From: an uncultured Methanosarcinales archaeon
GTDB taxonomy: Archaea > Nanobdellota > Nanobdellia > Woesearchaeales > BS150m-G63
Direction: 5' to 3'
DNA: 37,758 nucleotides
Assembly (NCBI GenBank): GCA_964630685.1
Contig: CAZVVW010000010.1
Coordinates: 1-37,758, forward strand
This document shows positions 37,124 through 37,758 of the stretch, in pieces; the stretch's first letter is position 1; each line of letters opens with the position of its first letter. A program made the position numbers and the translations under genes. The notes under the pieces were generated by a model. It had not been told where the DNA came from and did not search any database. It was given only the letters and a program-made list of their open reading frames with translations.

Positions 37124-37758
37124 ATGGTAAGAAAAATATTAATGAGTTGTTTTATGTTTTTTATGTTGATTTTTTCAGTTAGTGCTTTAACAGATATTGA
37201 AGTCGATGTTGTTTCTGAATTAGTATCTTCATCTGGTGAAGAAGAGTTTTTGTTATTTGTTGGGCTTGCAGATGAAAACGAATTGGATTTACGTGCTGAA
37301 GCTGAATTAAGTGGACTAGTTATTGAAAAAGCAGAGTATTTTGATGTTGAATTAAGTAGATATGGTAGGTTAAAATTATACAATAATTTCTTTAGTAGGT
37401 TTTCTTGGTTTTTTTCTAATTATATAACTGGGTTTGTTATAAGTTATATTTATGAGGTGGGATGTGTTCCTGACTGTTCTGGAAAAGAGTGTGGAGATGA
37501 TGGATGTGGTGAAAGTTGTGGATATTGTAAGGTAGGAGATGTTTGTGATAAAGATAAATGCGTTAAAAAATGTCCTTCTACAAATGAAGAAGTATGTGAG
37601 GGTGATAATGTGTTGATATTAACATATGAATGCGGGGAACTTGTCGATAAAAAGATCAAAGAAACTTGTGGAAAAAGTTTTGATTGTAAAAATGCTAAAT
37701 GTGTTGTTATAGATGATTCTGGAAATGGAGGATGGAGTGATAATGAAGGTACCTCAAC
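37124..37758 (+). CDS. Secreted Cys-rich surface protein, 5' part (runs off the window edge)
   Basis: Open frame from ATG 37124: MVRKILMSCFMFFMLIFSVSA..., ITGFVI, CVPDCSGKECGDDGCGESCGYC; no stop before the window end. Confidence 0.75.
   Translation, partial: MVRKILMSCFMFFMLIFSVSALTDIEVDVVSELVSSSGEEEFLLFVGLADENELDLRAEAELSGLVIEKAEYFDVELSRYGRLKLYNNFFSRFSWFFSNYITGFVISYIYEVGCVPDCSGKECGDDGCGESCGYCKVGDVCDKDKCVKKCPSTNEEVCEGDNVLILTYECGELVDKKIKETCGKSFDCKNAKCVVIDDSGNGGWSDNEGTS

Noticed and set aside
37117..37659. Two minus-strand ORFs (88 and 69 aa)
   Set aside because: Antisense to the continuous plus-strand ORF starting at 37124, which has a signal peptide and Cys motifs

Overview
AT-rich archaeal chromosomal segment. 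The gene set and motifs (AglB, aRF1, aIF5A, eL40, eL43, Rpo12, Pcc1, prefoldin, BHB-intron tRNAs) point to a DPANN archaeon, probably Woesearchaeota-like; the taxon is inferred. The left third is a cell-surface locus: GT2, AglB, two Ig-like membrane-anchored proteins and a 2529-aa Cys/Trp-repeat protein. The right half is mostly housekeeping genes for translation, tRNA modification and metabolism. The most notable signals are non-coding. (1) A candidate replication origin at about 16.8-17.06 kb has three ORB-like boxes interleaved with an 11-bp-phased TGAGAC array and a 19-bp palindrome, and it adjoins an uncharacterised coiled-coil/wHTH gene rather than orc1/cdc6. (2) The tRNA-Trp intron carries a box C/D guide that looks circularly permuted, so it would be complete only after the intron circularises. 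(3) The tRNA-Pro has an 85-nt intron in the T-loop. (4) A promoter-driven, UUCG-hairpin small RNA candidate has a promoter that aligns with that of the S-layer-like gene. (5) Several duplicated gene ends flank short hairpin inserts and resemble integration scars. All calls were made by eye, without database searches.
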